Shown: positions 1 through 8,933 of the stretch, one piece after another
How the letters are laid out: the number at the start of each line of letters is the position of its first letter
How positions within the stretch are numbered: position 1 is the first letter of the stretch
Origin: Acidimicrobiales bacterium
GTDB lineage: Bacteria > Actinomycetota > Acidimicrobiia > Acidimicrobiales > RAAP-2
DNA length: 64,000 nucleotides
Assembly (NCBI GenBank): GCA_036491435.1
Contig: DASXBZ010000012.1
Span: 3,819 to 67,818 of the forward strand
Direction: 5' to 3'
Notes under the pieces: model-generated
Told to the model about the DNA's origin: nothing
Database searches by the model: none
Seen by the model: only the letters and a program-made list of their open reading frames with translations
Translations under genes and position numbers: made by a program

Positions 1-251
1 ACAACCCGCCGAACTACGGCATCGTGACGCCCATCGCTCCCGGCATCGGCGGCGGCGTCAGCGCCAGCCAGGACGGCACGTCGTTCCTGACGTTCTACGT
101 CAATACCGACGACCTGCAGGCCAGCCTGGACAAGGCCGTTGCCCTGGGCGGCACGAAGGTGATGGACCCCACCGACATCCCTGGCGGCCCTTCCATCGCC
201 ATGTTCACCGACCCCCAGGGCAACACCGTGGGTCTCGTCAAGGGGATGTAG
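1..251 (+). CDS. VOC/glyoxalase-family protein, C-terminal part (5' end outside window)
   Basis: Frame is open to the window edge (NPPNYGIVTPIAPG...). The tail LDKAVALGGTKVMDPTDIPGGPSIAMFTDPQGNTVGLVKG resembles the glyoxalase/bleomycin-resistance fold C-terminus. TAG stop at 249-251. Confidence 0.6.
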   Translation, partial: NPPNYGIVTPIAPGIGGGVSASQDGTSFLTFYVNTDDLQASLDKAVALGGTKVMDPTDIPGGPSIAMFTDPQGNTVGLVKGM

Positions 252-260
252 CGCCTCCCG

Positions 261-286
261 CCGGGCGAACACCCGTTTGCCCCCGG
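261..286 (+). terminator. possible GC-rich hairpin terminator after the VOC gene
   Basis: GGGCGAAC (263-270), loop ACCC, GTTTGCCC (275-282): 8 pairs including one G-U. No U-tract follows. Confidence 0.3.
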
Positions 287-308
287 AGCACCGCTGAACG
301 ATTCGTCC

Positions 309-318
309 AGGTCTTGTG
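309..318. promoter_or_regulatory. single copy of decamer AGGTCTTGTG upstream of the kinase operon
   Basis: Identical to the core of the tandem array at 23481-23490. Lies in the 251-453 intergenic region, about 135 nt before the kinase start. Confidence 0.3.
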
Positions 319-452
319 GAAGAATGTCTACCGGAGAGACTCGTAGCGGGGAGCGGCTACGACCGTCTTTGGGGGAAATCCATGAAACTGGCCCCACCCG
401 CTGAGAACGCGGCGAGTGACTTGGCCCAGGGCGAAGGGCGGTTCGCCGACAG

Positions 453-2048
453 GTGCGCGCAATGGACGCTGTCGTGAAACACCGCTGGCGCCCGTCCTGG
501 ATCGCCCTCCTGATCGGGGCGATCCTCGTCCTGCTGAGCATCGGCGGTTACTTCTTCCTCCAGCACAGCCTCGACCAGCAGGAGAACGCGCTGCTCACCA
601 GCAACACCACCGACGCCGCGGAGACGGCGTCGTCGGTGTTCGGGGGCATCATCACCGGCCTCTCGAGCGACGCCGCGGCGGTGAAGACATTCACCCACGA
701 CGATCCGGTCGCATTCGTCAATTTCGTGAACCCTGACGGCAAGACCAGTCAGGCTGTGGACAATGTCCTGATCCGCAAGGAGGGGGACCGCTACGTCGTG
801 CTGGCCACTTCTGGCAGCGGCCTCCAGCCCGGCGAGACGCTGAGCGGCGCCGCCCTCGCGACCGTCCAAAGAGCCAAAGGCACGGACGTCATCAGCGGAC
901 CGGTCACGTCGAACGGCAAGACGAGCGTCGCGCGCTTCGCCGTTCCGGCCTCGAACGGGCTCTACGTGTACGAGCAGTTCATGATCCCGGTGCACATCAA
1001 CATCGCGACGGCGATCGGTCCCGCCTTCAGTAGCCTCAACGTCGCGTTGTACGGACCTGGGCCGCCCATGTCCTCCAACTTGCTCATCGCCTCGACCAAG
1101 GCGATCCCGCTGGCCCAGCCGTCGGCGAGCGCGCCGGTACACATCGGTGCCTCGAAATGGACCGTCGTGGCGAACGCCCGCACCCCGTTCGTCTCGGGCC
1201 TCGCGTCCTCGGGACCGTGGATCCTGCTCATCATGGGCCTGCTCATCGCACTCGTCGTCACCGTCACGATCGAAACCGTCCAACGACGCCACCGCTACGC
1301 CCGAGCCGTCGTCGAGGAGCGCACCGCTGACCTGAACGCGTCGCTCCACGAGCTCAAGACGACGCAGGACGCGCTCGTCCAGCAAGAGCGGCTCTCCGCG
1401 GTCGGTGAGATGGCCTCGGTGATCGGCCATGAGCTCCGCAACCCCCTGGCGGCGGTCACCAACGCGCTGTTCATCGTCCGTGGCGATCTCGGTGAGGAAC
1501 TGTCGCCGACCGCAGAGAAGTACCTGTCGATGGCGGAGCGTGAGACCTCCAAGGCTGCCGTGCTGGCCGACGACCTGACCGCCTTCGTCCGTCCCCGTGA
1601 GATGGTCGTGAGCGAGATCGACGTGCCCGACCTGGTCGACGAGGTCCTCTCTGCGACACCTCACCCCGAACACGTCCAGGTCGACTTGGAGGTCACGCCG
1701 TGCTCGGTGGTCGGCGACCGCGGCCAACTGGCCGAGGTGCTCACGAATCTGGTCACCAACGCGTACCAGGCCATGCCCGACGGTGGGACCGTCCGTCTCG
1801 GGGCGTCCTGCACCGACGGCCATGCGACAATCGTCGTCGAGGACAGCGGGAACGGGATTCAAGACACCACCATGCAGCGGATCTTCGAACCCTTCTTCAC
1901 CACCAAGGACAGCGGGACCGGACTGGGCCTGGCCATCGTGCAGCGGCTCGTCCAGGCCCACGGCGGCGAGATCTCGCTCGAGAACGCGGCGACCGGAGGG
2001 GTGCGGGCGACCGTGGTCCTGCCCGTCAAGGAAATGGCGTCGAAGTGA
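453..2048 (+). CDS. membrane sensor histidine kinase (two TM helices flanking a ~230-aa extracytoplasmic domain; HisKA + HATPase_c)
   Basis: H-box SVIGHELRNPLAAV, N-box LTNLVTNAYQAM, G-boxes EDSGNGI and GTGLGLAIVQRLV. TM segments WIALLIGAILVLLSIGGYFF and PWILLIMGLLIALVVTVTI. Start is GTG 453 or ATG 462. Confidence 0.9.
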   Translation: MRAMDAVVKHRWRPSWIALLIGAILVLLSIGGYFFLQHSLDQQENALLTSNTTDAAETASSVFGGIITGLSSDAAAVKTFTHDDPVAFVNFVNPDGKTSQAVDNVLIRKEGDRYVVLATSGSGLQPGETLSGAALATVQRAKGTDVISGPVTSNGKTSVARFAVPASNGLYVYEQFMIPVHINIATAIGPAFSSLNVALYGPGPPMSSNLLIASTKAIPLAQPSASAPVHIGASKWTVVANARTPFVSGLASSGPWILLIMGLLIALVVTVTIETVQRRHRYARAVVEERTADLNASLHELKTTQDALVQQERLSAVGEMASVIGHELRNPLAAVTNALFIVRGDLGEELSPTAEKYLSMAERETSKAAVLADDLTAFVRPREMVVSEIDVPDLVDEVLSATPHPEHVQVDLEVTPCSVVGDRGQLAEVLTNLVTNAYQAMPDGGTVRLGASCTDGHATIVVEDSGNGIQDTTMQRIFEPFFTTKDSGTGLGLAIVQRLVQAHGGEISLENAATGGVRATVVLPVKEMASK

Positions 2049-2419
2049 ACAGCGTCCTCCTGGCCGACGTGCTCGTCGTGGACGACGAAGAGCCCGTCCG
2101 CACCTCTGTGGTGCAGATCCTGCGCTCCGCCGGCTACTCCGTCGCCGAGGCGGTCGACGGTCAGGACGCACTCGACATGTTGGAATCGGGCAGCGTGACG
2201 GTCCTGCTTCTCGACATCCGCATGCCCCGGCGGACCGGCATCGAGGTCCTCCAGGCCCTTGATTCACCACCGAACGTAATCCTGATGTCCGCGTACCGGT
2301 TCGAAGGCGAAGACAAGCGGAGTGTCGGACACAAGGTCTTCTCCCACTTGATGAAGCCCGTTGCGCCCCGGCAGTTGCTCGACGAGGTCAGAGCTGCGAT
2401 CGACGACGAGGGCGCATGA
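2045..2419 (+). CDS. stand-alone response-regulator receiver domain (no output domain)
   Basis: GTG 2045 overlaps the kinase stop (GTGA). Receiver signature VLVVDDEEP, LLLDIRMP, LMSAY, LMKPV. The longer ORF from 1700 was trimmed. Confidence 0.85.
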   Translation: MNSVLLADVLVVDDEEPVRTSVVQILRSAGYSVAEAVDGQDALDMLESGSVTVLLLDIRMPRRTGIEVLQALDSPPNVILMSAYRFEGEDKRSVGHKVFSHLMKPVAPRQLLDEVRAAIDDEGA

Positions 2420-4188
2420 CAGACCTCTACGGCGCACCTGACCAGACGGAGACCGTCCTGATCGTCGACGATGACGAGCAGATCCGCGACACGCTGGTCG
2501 AGGTCCTCCGCATGGAGGGGATCGAGACGATCACCGCAGGGCGGGTCGACGAGGGGCGGAAACTGGTCGCGATCCACACGCCGGCCGTGGTCGTCGTCGA
2601 CTACCAGTTGCCCGACGGCACCGGCATAGACCTCGCCCAGGACGTCAAGGCCCACGATCCCGAGATCCCCGTTCTTTTGTTGACGGGTTACGCCACGCTC
2701 GACACCGCGATCGCGGCGGTGGGACAGCTCGACGCCTACCTCATCAAGCCGGTCGCGCCGAAGCAGTTTCAAAAGAGCGTCGCCGACGCCCTGACGCGAC
2801 GCCGCCTGTTCAAGCAGAACCGGGACCTTGTCCACCGGTTGAAGCAGATCAACGCGTACCAGGCGATGTACGACCCGTTGACGGGCCTGCTCAACCGGGC
2901 CCTGCTCGACGACCGTCTCGAACAGAGTCTGGCGCTCAGTCATCGCAGCGGACGCTCCGTGGCGCTGTACTTCCTCGATCTCGACCGCTTCAAGGTGGTC
3001 AACGACCTCTTCGGCCATCAGGTCGGCGACCGGGTGCTGCAGGAAGTCGCCCACCGCCTGAGCGCATCGTGCCGGAAGACGGACAGCGTCGCTCGCTTCG
3101 GCGGCGACGAGTTCGTCGTCATCTGCCCGGATGTCAGGGGTTCCAACGAGGCCTGCGCCATTGCCCAGCACCTCCTCGACACCTTCCAAAAACCGATCGA
3201 GATCGACGGGTCCGACTACGGGATCAGCGCGAGCGTGGGCATCGCCATGACCGTGCCGGGACTCCGGCGCCACTCGGCCGAGACGTTGCTGCGCAACGCG
3301 GACACCGCGATGTACCGCGCCAAAGAGGGCGGGCGGGGACGTTGGGAGCTCTTCGACGATGAGATGCGCGCCCAGGTCAGGGAACGCTTCGAGATCGAAC
3401 GTGAGCTCCCCGTTGCACTGGCGTCCGGCGCCTTGCTGCTGCTGTACCAAGGGATCGTCGACCCGTTGACGGAGGACGTCGTGGCGGCCGAGGCGCTGCT
3501 GCGATGGGATCGTCCGGGTCACGGGCGGGTCCTTCCCGAGAAGTTCTTGCCCGTTGCCGAGGACAGCGGGCTCATCACTCCGATCGGCACCTGGGTGTTG
3601 GAGCAGGCGACGAGGGATCTTGCACGGTGGCGGGAAGAGGACAAGCTTTCGGGTCCCTTCCGTCTCTGGGTCAACGTGTCCCCGCAACAACTCGCCGATC
3701 CGGGCTTTCCTGCGTTGGTGGTCGACGTGCTGACGCGCACCGGCCTTCCCCCGGAGCTCCTCGGCTTCGAGATCCTCGAGGAGGCCTTGCTCGACGTGGG
3801 AGTCGCCGAAGTGGTCATGCGATCGCTCCGGGACCTGGGTGTGTGCCTCAGCCTGGACGACTTCGGGGCGGGCTACTCCAACTTCTCATGGCTCCAAGAC
3901 CTGCCGATCACGGGGATCAAGATCGACCGCCGCTTCGTCTCGACGCTCGATTCCGACGACTGTCGGAGCGCGGCCATCGTGCAGGGTTTGGTCAACCTGG
4001 GGCACTCGCTGAATCTGTCCGTGGTCGCCGAGGGTGTGGAGACGGCGGAACAGGCCGGTGCGCTCCAGGCGATCGGCTGCGAGTCGGTGCAGGGGTTCTT
4101 CTACGGGCACCCCGTCCCTGCCGATGAGCTCTGGGACACGTTCGGCTCGATCCGGACGGACGCGTTGCACGGCACCACCCAGAAGTAG
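2416..4188 (+). CDS. response regulator with GGDEF and EAL domains (c-di-GMP synthase/phosphodiesterase)
   Basis: ATGA overlap with the preceding gene. Receiver motifs LIVDDDEQ, VVVDYQLPD, LIKPV. GGDEF motif ARFGGDEFVV with an RxxD I-site (RKTD) five residues upstream. EAL motif AAEALLRWDRP, plus DDFGAGYS and QGFFYG. Confidence 0.9.
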   Translation: MTDLYGAPDQTETVLIVDDDEQIRDTLVEVLRMEGIETITAGRVDEGRKLVAIHTPAVVVVDYQLPDGTGIDLAQDVKAHDPEIPVLLLTGYATLDTAIAAVGQLDAYLIKPVAPKQFQKSVADALTRRRLFKQNRDLVHRLKQINAYQAMYDPLTGLLNRALLDDRLEQSLALSHRSGRSVALYFLDLDRFKVVNDLFGHQVGDRVLQEVAHRLSASCRKTDSVARFGGDEFVVICPDVRGSNEACAIAQHLLDTFQKPIEIDGSDYGISASVGIAMTVPGLRRHSAETLLRNADTAMYRAKEGGRGRWELFDDEMRAQVRERFEIERELPVALASGALLLLYQGIVDPLTEDVVAAEALLRWDRPGHGRVLPEKFLPVAEDSGLITPIGTWVLEQATRDLARWREEDKLSGPFRLWVNVSPQQLADPGFPALVVDVLTRTGLPPELLGFEILEEALLDVGVAEVVMRSLRDLGVCLSLDDFGAGYSNFSWLQDLPITGIKIDRRFVSTLDSDDCRSAAIVQGLVNLGHSLNLSVVAEGVETAEQAGALQAIGCESVQGFFYGHPVPADELWDTFGSIRTDALHGTTQK

Positions 4189-4203
4189 CTCCGGCGTCCC
4201 CGA

Positions 4204-5982
4204 TCAGGCCGGCGGCGGTGTAGCCATGCCCCCGCCCAAGAGCGCCGGCAGCGCGGTCGCTCGCATCCGGGCCAACACCCGGTCCGTGACGAGGACGGCG
4301 TCCGGGTGGACTCCACCGTTGCGTTCGACTTCCTCCCGCCAGGACGCAGCCCGCGCCTCGAGCAAGCCCGGCTCGTCGAGCTGTGCGCAGTCGATGCGGT
4401 CGTTCGTGACGTCGATCACGATGGTGTCACCCTGCTCGACGAGCGCGATGGGCCCGCCGAGGAAGGCTTCCGGCGCGACGTGGCCGATCACCAGTCCGAC
4501 CGATCCACCGGAGAACCGCGCGTCGGTCATCAGCGCGATGGTGATGTCGCGTTCGCGGCACAACGCGGTGATCCGCGACGTGGGGTCGAGCAGCTCCGGC
4601 ATGCCCGGCGCACCCCGGGGGCCTTCGTAGCGGATCACCACCATGTCATTGTCCTGAAAGCTGTCCGGCTGCTGGTCGAGAGCCTCGACGAGGGCGCGCT
4701 CGCTGTTGAACACGCGGGCCTTTCCGGTGAACACGCCGTCCTGCACGCCTCGTTCGACACCGGCAACCTTGAGGATCGCGCCACCCTCCGGCGCAAGGTT
4801 CCCCCGAAGCAGGCGGAGCCCGCCCGTCTCCTTGAAGGGCTTGTCGACCGAGTAGATGACGTCCTGGTCCGGTGACGGCGGGTCGAGCCGACGAACCTGT
4901 TCGGCCAGTGTCTCGCCGGTGCACGTGAGGGCCTCGCCGTCGAGGAAGCCGGCGTCGAGGAGCTCCTTGACGATGACCTGCAGCCCGCCCTTGGCGTCGA
5001 CGTCCACCATGGAGTAATCGCCGAACGGCCGCATGTTGACCAGCACCGGCAAGCGGCGAGCCAGGTCGTTGAACTCGGCCTGGCTGAGCACCTCGGCCCA
5101 CAGGTCGATCCCCGCGGCCCGGGCGATCTCGACGCTATGCAACGCGACGTTGGTGGAGCCGCCCATGGCGATGGCCACGGTCAACGCATTGCGGAGCGCG
5201 GAAGGCGTGACGATGGCACGGGGCGTGATACTCCGACCGCGCATGGCCAACAGGCAGTCGACGAGCTCGTCGGGGAACTCGGCCAGCCGACGCGGGTCGT
5301 CGGACGGCGGGGCGACCATGTGCAGCGGCTCGAGCCCGAGCACCGCGATGAACGTTTGCATCGTGTTGTACGTGAACATGCCGCCACAGCTGCCTTGGCC
5401 TGGACAGGCGTGCAGTGCATAACGGGCGCGGACGGCCTCATCCTGGTCGGCGACCTGGAAGGCAGCGACGATGTCGATCGGCGCTCCGGTCTCCGGGTCG
5501 ATCCCGGGCCGGATCGGCCCGTCCGAGAGGATGACGGCGGGGGTGTCGTTCTCGAGGATGGCGGCGAGCGTGCCGACGGGCGGCTTGTCGCACGCGACGA
5601 CGGCGACGAGCCCGGCGACTTTGTTCGCGACGAGGTGCACGTCGGCGACGTCGTGGACGAGCTCCCGTCCGACGAGGGAGAAGCGCATCTCCGGCGTGCC
5701 GTTGAGCTGGCCGTCCGAGACGCCCAGGGTGAACGCCGGTGGAATCAGCCGGACCGCGAGGTCGTCCTCCGCAATGCGCCGCGACAGCGCGGACTGGATG
5801 ATCTGCACCTTCTCGGGGACGCCGAGGTAGCACTGGCTGTCGCCGAGGTTCCCGATGACCGCCCACACGGGATCGTGGATCTTCTGGACGTCCTCACCGA
5901 GGAATTCGGCGGTGCCGACCCGCTGCACGTCGCGCCCCGGGTTCAACGAGACGAACGTGGACACCGGTTGTTCGCTGCTCAT
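4204..5982 (-). CDS. IlvD/Edd-family dehydratase (dihydroxy-acid or sugar-acid dehydratase)
   Basis: Motifs GVSDGQLNGTPEMRFSLVGRE, ACDKPPVG, CPGQGSCGGMFTYNTM, TDARFSGGS. Start set at ATG 5982 (MSSEQPV) because the 766-aa ORF would overlap mmpL. Confidence 0.85.
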   Translation of the reverse strand: MSSEQPVSTFVSLNPGRDVQRVGTAEFLGEDVQKIHDPVWAVIGNLGDSQCYLGVPEKVQIIQSALSRRIAEDDLAVRLIPPAFTLGVSDGQLNGTPEMRFSLVGRELVHDVADVHLVANKVAGLVAVVACDKPPVGTLAAILENDTPAVILSDGPIRPGIDPETGAPIDIVAAFQVADQDEAVRARYALHACPGQGSCGGMFTYNTMQTFIAVLGLEPLHMVAPPSDDPRRLAEFPDELVDCLLAMRGRSITPRAIVTPSALRNALTVAIAMGGSTNVALHSVEIARAAGIDLWAEVLSQAEFNDLARRLPVLVNMRPFGDYSMVDVDAKGGLQVIVKELLDAGFLDGEALTCTGETLAEQVRRLDPPSPDQDVIYSVDKPFKETGGLRLLRGNLAPEGGAILKVAGVERGVQDGVFTGKARVFNSERALVEALDQQPDSFQDNDMVVIRYEGPRGAPGMPELLDPTSRITALCRERDITIALMTDARFSGGSVGLVIGHVAPEAFLGGPIALVEQGDTIVIDVTNDRIDCAQLDEPGLLEARAASWREEVERNGGVHPDAVLVTDRVLARMRATALPALLGGGMATPPPA

Positions 5983-6014
5983 GGGGCGCAAGCATACGGC
6001 CGCCCATGTGCAGG

Positions 6015-8243
6015 TCAGGCGGGCGTGGGCACCGGCGTCGATGCCGGAGTAGGAGTGGGGGTCGGGGTCGGTGTGACCTCGATCCCAAGTTTGGGCATCG
6101 AGCGGTCCATCCAGCGGGGCAGCCACCAGTTGACAGGCCCGAGCACCTCCATGATCGACGGGACGAGCACCATGCGGACCAGGGTGGCGTCGATCAGCAC
6201 CGCTGTCGCCAGCCCGAGACCGAACACCTTGAGGATGTGGAGCGGGTCCTTGATGATGAACGAGCCGAAGACGCAGAACATGATCGCCGCCGCGGCCGTG
6301 ATGATGCGGCCGGTGACGGCCAGGCCGTCCGCCACTGCGGTCGAGTTCTCGCCCGTGCGCAGCCACTCCTCGCGGATGCGCGAGAGCAGGAAGACCTCGT
6401 AGTCCATGGAGAGGCCGAAGAGGACGACGAACATCGCCACGGGGATCCAGGGGTCGATCGGCCCCTTCTCGCCGATGCCGATCACGCTCCCCGCCCAGCC
6501 CCACTGGAACACGGCCACCATCACCCCGTAGGCCGCACCGACGCTCAGCAGGTTCATGATCACCGCCTTGAGCGGAAGGACCAGCGAGCGGAAGACGACC
6601 ATGAGGAGCAGGAAAGACAGGATCAGCACCGCGGCGATCACGATGTAGAGGCGGTGGCCGAGGAAGTTGGCGGCGTCGATCGACGCCGCGGTCTCCCCGC
6701 CGACCTGCGCGTTCACGCCGGTCCCGTCGGCGATGGGCGGGATCACGTCGGAACGCAGACGGTTCACGAGGTCGACGGTCTGCGACGCCTGCGGCGAGGT
6801 CGTCGGGATGACCGGGATGAGGGCACCCGTGTCGCTCGCGTTGAACTGCGCCGGAGCCGTGAAGGCGACGCCCGGCACCCCGGAGGAGAGGGCGCGCTCG
6901 AGGTGCCGCACCGTCGGCACGTCCGAAGGCCCGTTCATGGCGACCGCGACGATGAGCGGACCGTTGAACCCGGGGCCGAATCCCTGGCCCAGGAGGTCGT
7001 AGGCCTGGCGCGTGGTCAGACTCGAAGGGTCGTTGCCGGCGTCGGTGAACTGGAGCCGCATGCTGAACAGCGGGAGTGCAAGCGCCACAAGGACGAGGAC
7101 CGCCGCGATGCCGGTGAACCAGGCCCGTCTCTGGATGAACCGGCTCCAGCGATGCCAGAACCCGTTCTCCGGCGGGGGCCCGCCGCTCTGGAGCAGCCCA
7201 GGGATGTGCAGCTTGTCGATCACGTTGCCGGCGAACCCGAGCATCGCCGGGAGGAGCGTCAGCGCCGCCAAGAGCACCATCAGCACAGCCGCGATGCAGG
7301 CGGTGGCGAGCCCGATCATGTAGGGCTGCTGAATGAGGTACAGCCCGAACAGGGAGATCACGACCGTCGTGCCAGCGAACATGACCGACCGCCCTGCGGT
7401 CATATGGGACGTCATCACCGCGTCGCGCGGCGTCCGGCCCTCGAAGATGCCTTGTCGGTACCGAGTCACGATGAAGAGCGCGTAGTCGATGCCGACGCCG
7501 AGGCCGATCATGATCGCCATCTCGGGTGAGAAGGTGGGCACCGTCAACACGTGGGTGAGCAGTTCCAGCAGGGCGATGCCGATGCCGAGCCCAGCCAGGG
7601 CGGTTATCACCGGGAGCCCCATCGCCACCACCGAGCCGAACGCCAGCAGCATGATCAGCAGCGCTGCCGTGATGCCGATGCCCTCGCTCGGTCCCGGCGC
7701 TGCGGTGGCGGCGGCGGAGATCGGACTTCCGCCCAACTCCACCTTCACCCCCTGGGTCGCCGTGCCCTGCGCCTTGGAGATGACCGTCTTCACTGCGCCA
7801 GTCGGGATGTCGGCGGTGTCCGTCGTGAACTGGATCTCGGCGTAAGCGATGTCACCTCTTGGCGCGATCTGGTGTGCTCCCTGCGCCGAGAACGGGCTGG
7901 TAATGGCCTGGACATAGGGAAGCGGTCGCACTTTGTCGATGACGCCGGTGATCGCCGCCTGGTTGGCGGCGATCGGCGTCGACGTGCGGAACACGATGTC
8001 GGCGGTGTCGCCCGACTTCGACGGGAAGCGCTCTTGGAGGATGTTCTGCGCCTGCTGCGACGGGGTGTTGCCGGCGGTGAATTTGTTCTTGAACGTGGTG
8101 CCCACCGTCACCGAGATGACCGTGATGCCGATGATTGCGCCGATCCACAGCACGAGCACGAGCCGGCGGTGGTCGTAGCACCGGCCCGCCAGGCGACCGA
8201 GCGCCGTGACCCTGGTCTCGGGGCTGATGTCCGTGCCGCTCAC
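6015..8243 (-). CDS. MMPL-family (RND superfamily) membrane transporter
   Basis: 742 aa with two six-helix hydrophobic blocks and two soluble loops, the typical MmpL layout. GTG start at 8243. C-terminal low-complexity tail VTPTPTPTPTPASTPVPTPA. Confidence 0.9.
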   Translation of the reverse strand: MSGTDISPETRVTALGRLAGRCYDHRRLVLVLWIGAIIGITVISVTVGTTFKNKFTAGNTPSQQAQNILQERFPSKSGDTADIVFRTSTPIAANQAAITGVIDKVRPLPYVQAITSPFSAQGAHQIAPRGDIAYAEIQFTTDTADIPTGAVKTVISKAQGTATQGVKVELGGSPISAAATAAPGPSEGIGITAALLIMLLAFGSVVAMGLPVITALAGLGIGIALLELLTHVLTVPTFSPEMAIMIGLGVGIDYALFIVTRYRQGIFEGRTPRDAVMTSHMTAGRSVMFAGTTVVISLFGLYLIQQPYMIGLATACIAAVLMVLLAALTLLPAMLGFAGNVIDKLHIPGLLQSGGPPPENGFWHRWSRFIQRRAWFTGIAAVLVLVALALPLFSMRLQFTDAGNDPSSLTTRQAYDLLGQGFGPGFNGPLIVAVAMNGPSDVPTVRHLERALSSGVPGVAFTAPAQFNASDTGALIPVIPTTSPQASQTVDLVNRLRSDVIPPIADGTGVNAQVGGETAASIDAANFLGHRLYIVIAAVLILSFLLLMVVFRSLVLPLKAVIMNLLSVGAAYGVMVAVFQWGWAGSVIGIGEKGPIDPWIPVAMFVVLFGLSMDYEVFLLSRIREEWLRTGENSTAVADGLAVTGRIITAAAAIMFCVFGSFIIKDPLHILKVFGLGLATAVLIDATLVRMVLVPSIMEVLGPVNWWLPRWMDRSMPKLGIEVTPTPTPTPTPASTPVPTPA

Positions 8244-8262
8244 CCGTTCACCGTCCTATGAT

Positions 8263-8275
8263 TCATCACTGATGA
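8263..8275. promoter_or_regulatory. candidate TetR operator palindrome TCATCA-C-TGATGA
   Basis: Perfect 6+1+6 dyad in the 96-bp divergent mmpL/tetR intergenic region, 20-32 nt upstream of the mmpL start. Confidence 0.4.
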
Positions 8276-8339
8276 GTTCTAACACAGAATTCCCCGCTGG
8301 TGAATACCTGTTGACCCGGCAATTCGCGGCGCCACGGCG

Positions 8340-8933
8340 GTGAGTGCCGTCGGGCGCCGGCCGGGCAACGCGGACACCAGGGGTGAGATCGTCGAGGCGG
8401 CCAAGCGCGTCTTCGCCGACAAAGGCTATGACGGCGCCAGCCTGCGCGGCGTCGCCCGCGAAGCCGGTGTCGACCCTGCGCTGGTCCACCACTATTTCGA
8501 CGGGAAGGCCAGCCTGTTCGTGGCCGCCATGGCGCTGCCCTTCGACCCGAGGCAGGTGAAGGAGCACGCCGCCGGAGCTGAGTACTCGGGCTCCCGCACC
8601 ATCGAGGGCTTCCTCACCATGTGGGACCTCGCCGAGGGCACCGGGTCGTCGTTCGCCTCGTGTCTCTCCGCCATGGCCGCCTCGACCAAGGTGGCCGATG
8701 CCATGCGCGAATTCGTCAACGAGCGCGTATGGAGCGTCCTGCGGCACAACGACGACGAAACCGAGACGGTGCGGCGGCGTCGCACCGCCATGGTCTCGTC
8801 ACAGCTGATGGGGCTGGCCTTTGCCCGCTACATCCTGCGCGTGCCACCGATGTCAACGGCATCGCCCAAGCAGATCGGGCGCTGGGTCGGACCGACGCTC
8901 GACCGCTACGTGAAGGAGCCGCTCGCGTCCTAG
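8340..8933 (+). CDS. TetR/AcrR-family transcriptional regulator
   Basis: N-terminal HTH EIVEAAKRVFADKGYDGASLRGVAREAGVDPALVHHYFDGKASLF. Divergent from mmpL. Confidence 0.9.
   Translation: MSAVGRRPGNADTRGEIVEAAKRVFADKGYDGASLRGVAREAGVDPALVHHYFDGKASLFVAAMALPFDPRQVKEHAAGAEYSGSRTIEGFLTMWDLAEGTGSSFASCLSAMAASTKVADAMREFVNERVWSVLRHNDDETETVRRRRTAMVSSQLMGLAFARYILRVPPMSTASPKQIGRWVGPTLDRYVKEPLAS

Noticed and set aside
357-2270. 637-aa minus-strand ORF
   Set aside because: It is antisense to the well-supported histidine kinase. Its Arg/Gly/Pro-rich low-complexity translation is typical of shadow frames in high-GC DNA.
2161-3690. 509-aa minus-strand ORF
   Set aside because: It is antisense to the REC-GGDEF-EAL gene and has no recognisable motifs.
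4204-6504. 766-aa version of the dehydratase ORF
   Set aside because: The N-terminal 174 codons overlap mmpL in another frame and are Arg/Pro/His rich. Homology-like sequence begins at MSSEQPV (ATG 5982).
6006-7529. 507-aa plus-strand ORF
   Set aside because: It is antisense to mmpL, with an extremely Arg/Asp/His-rich composition.
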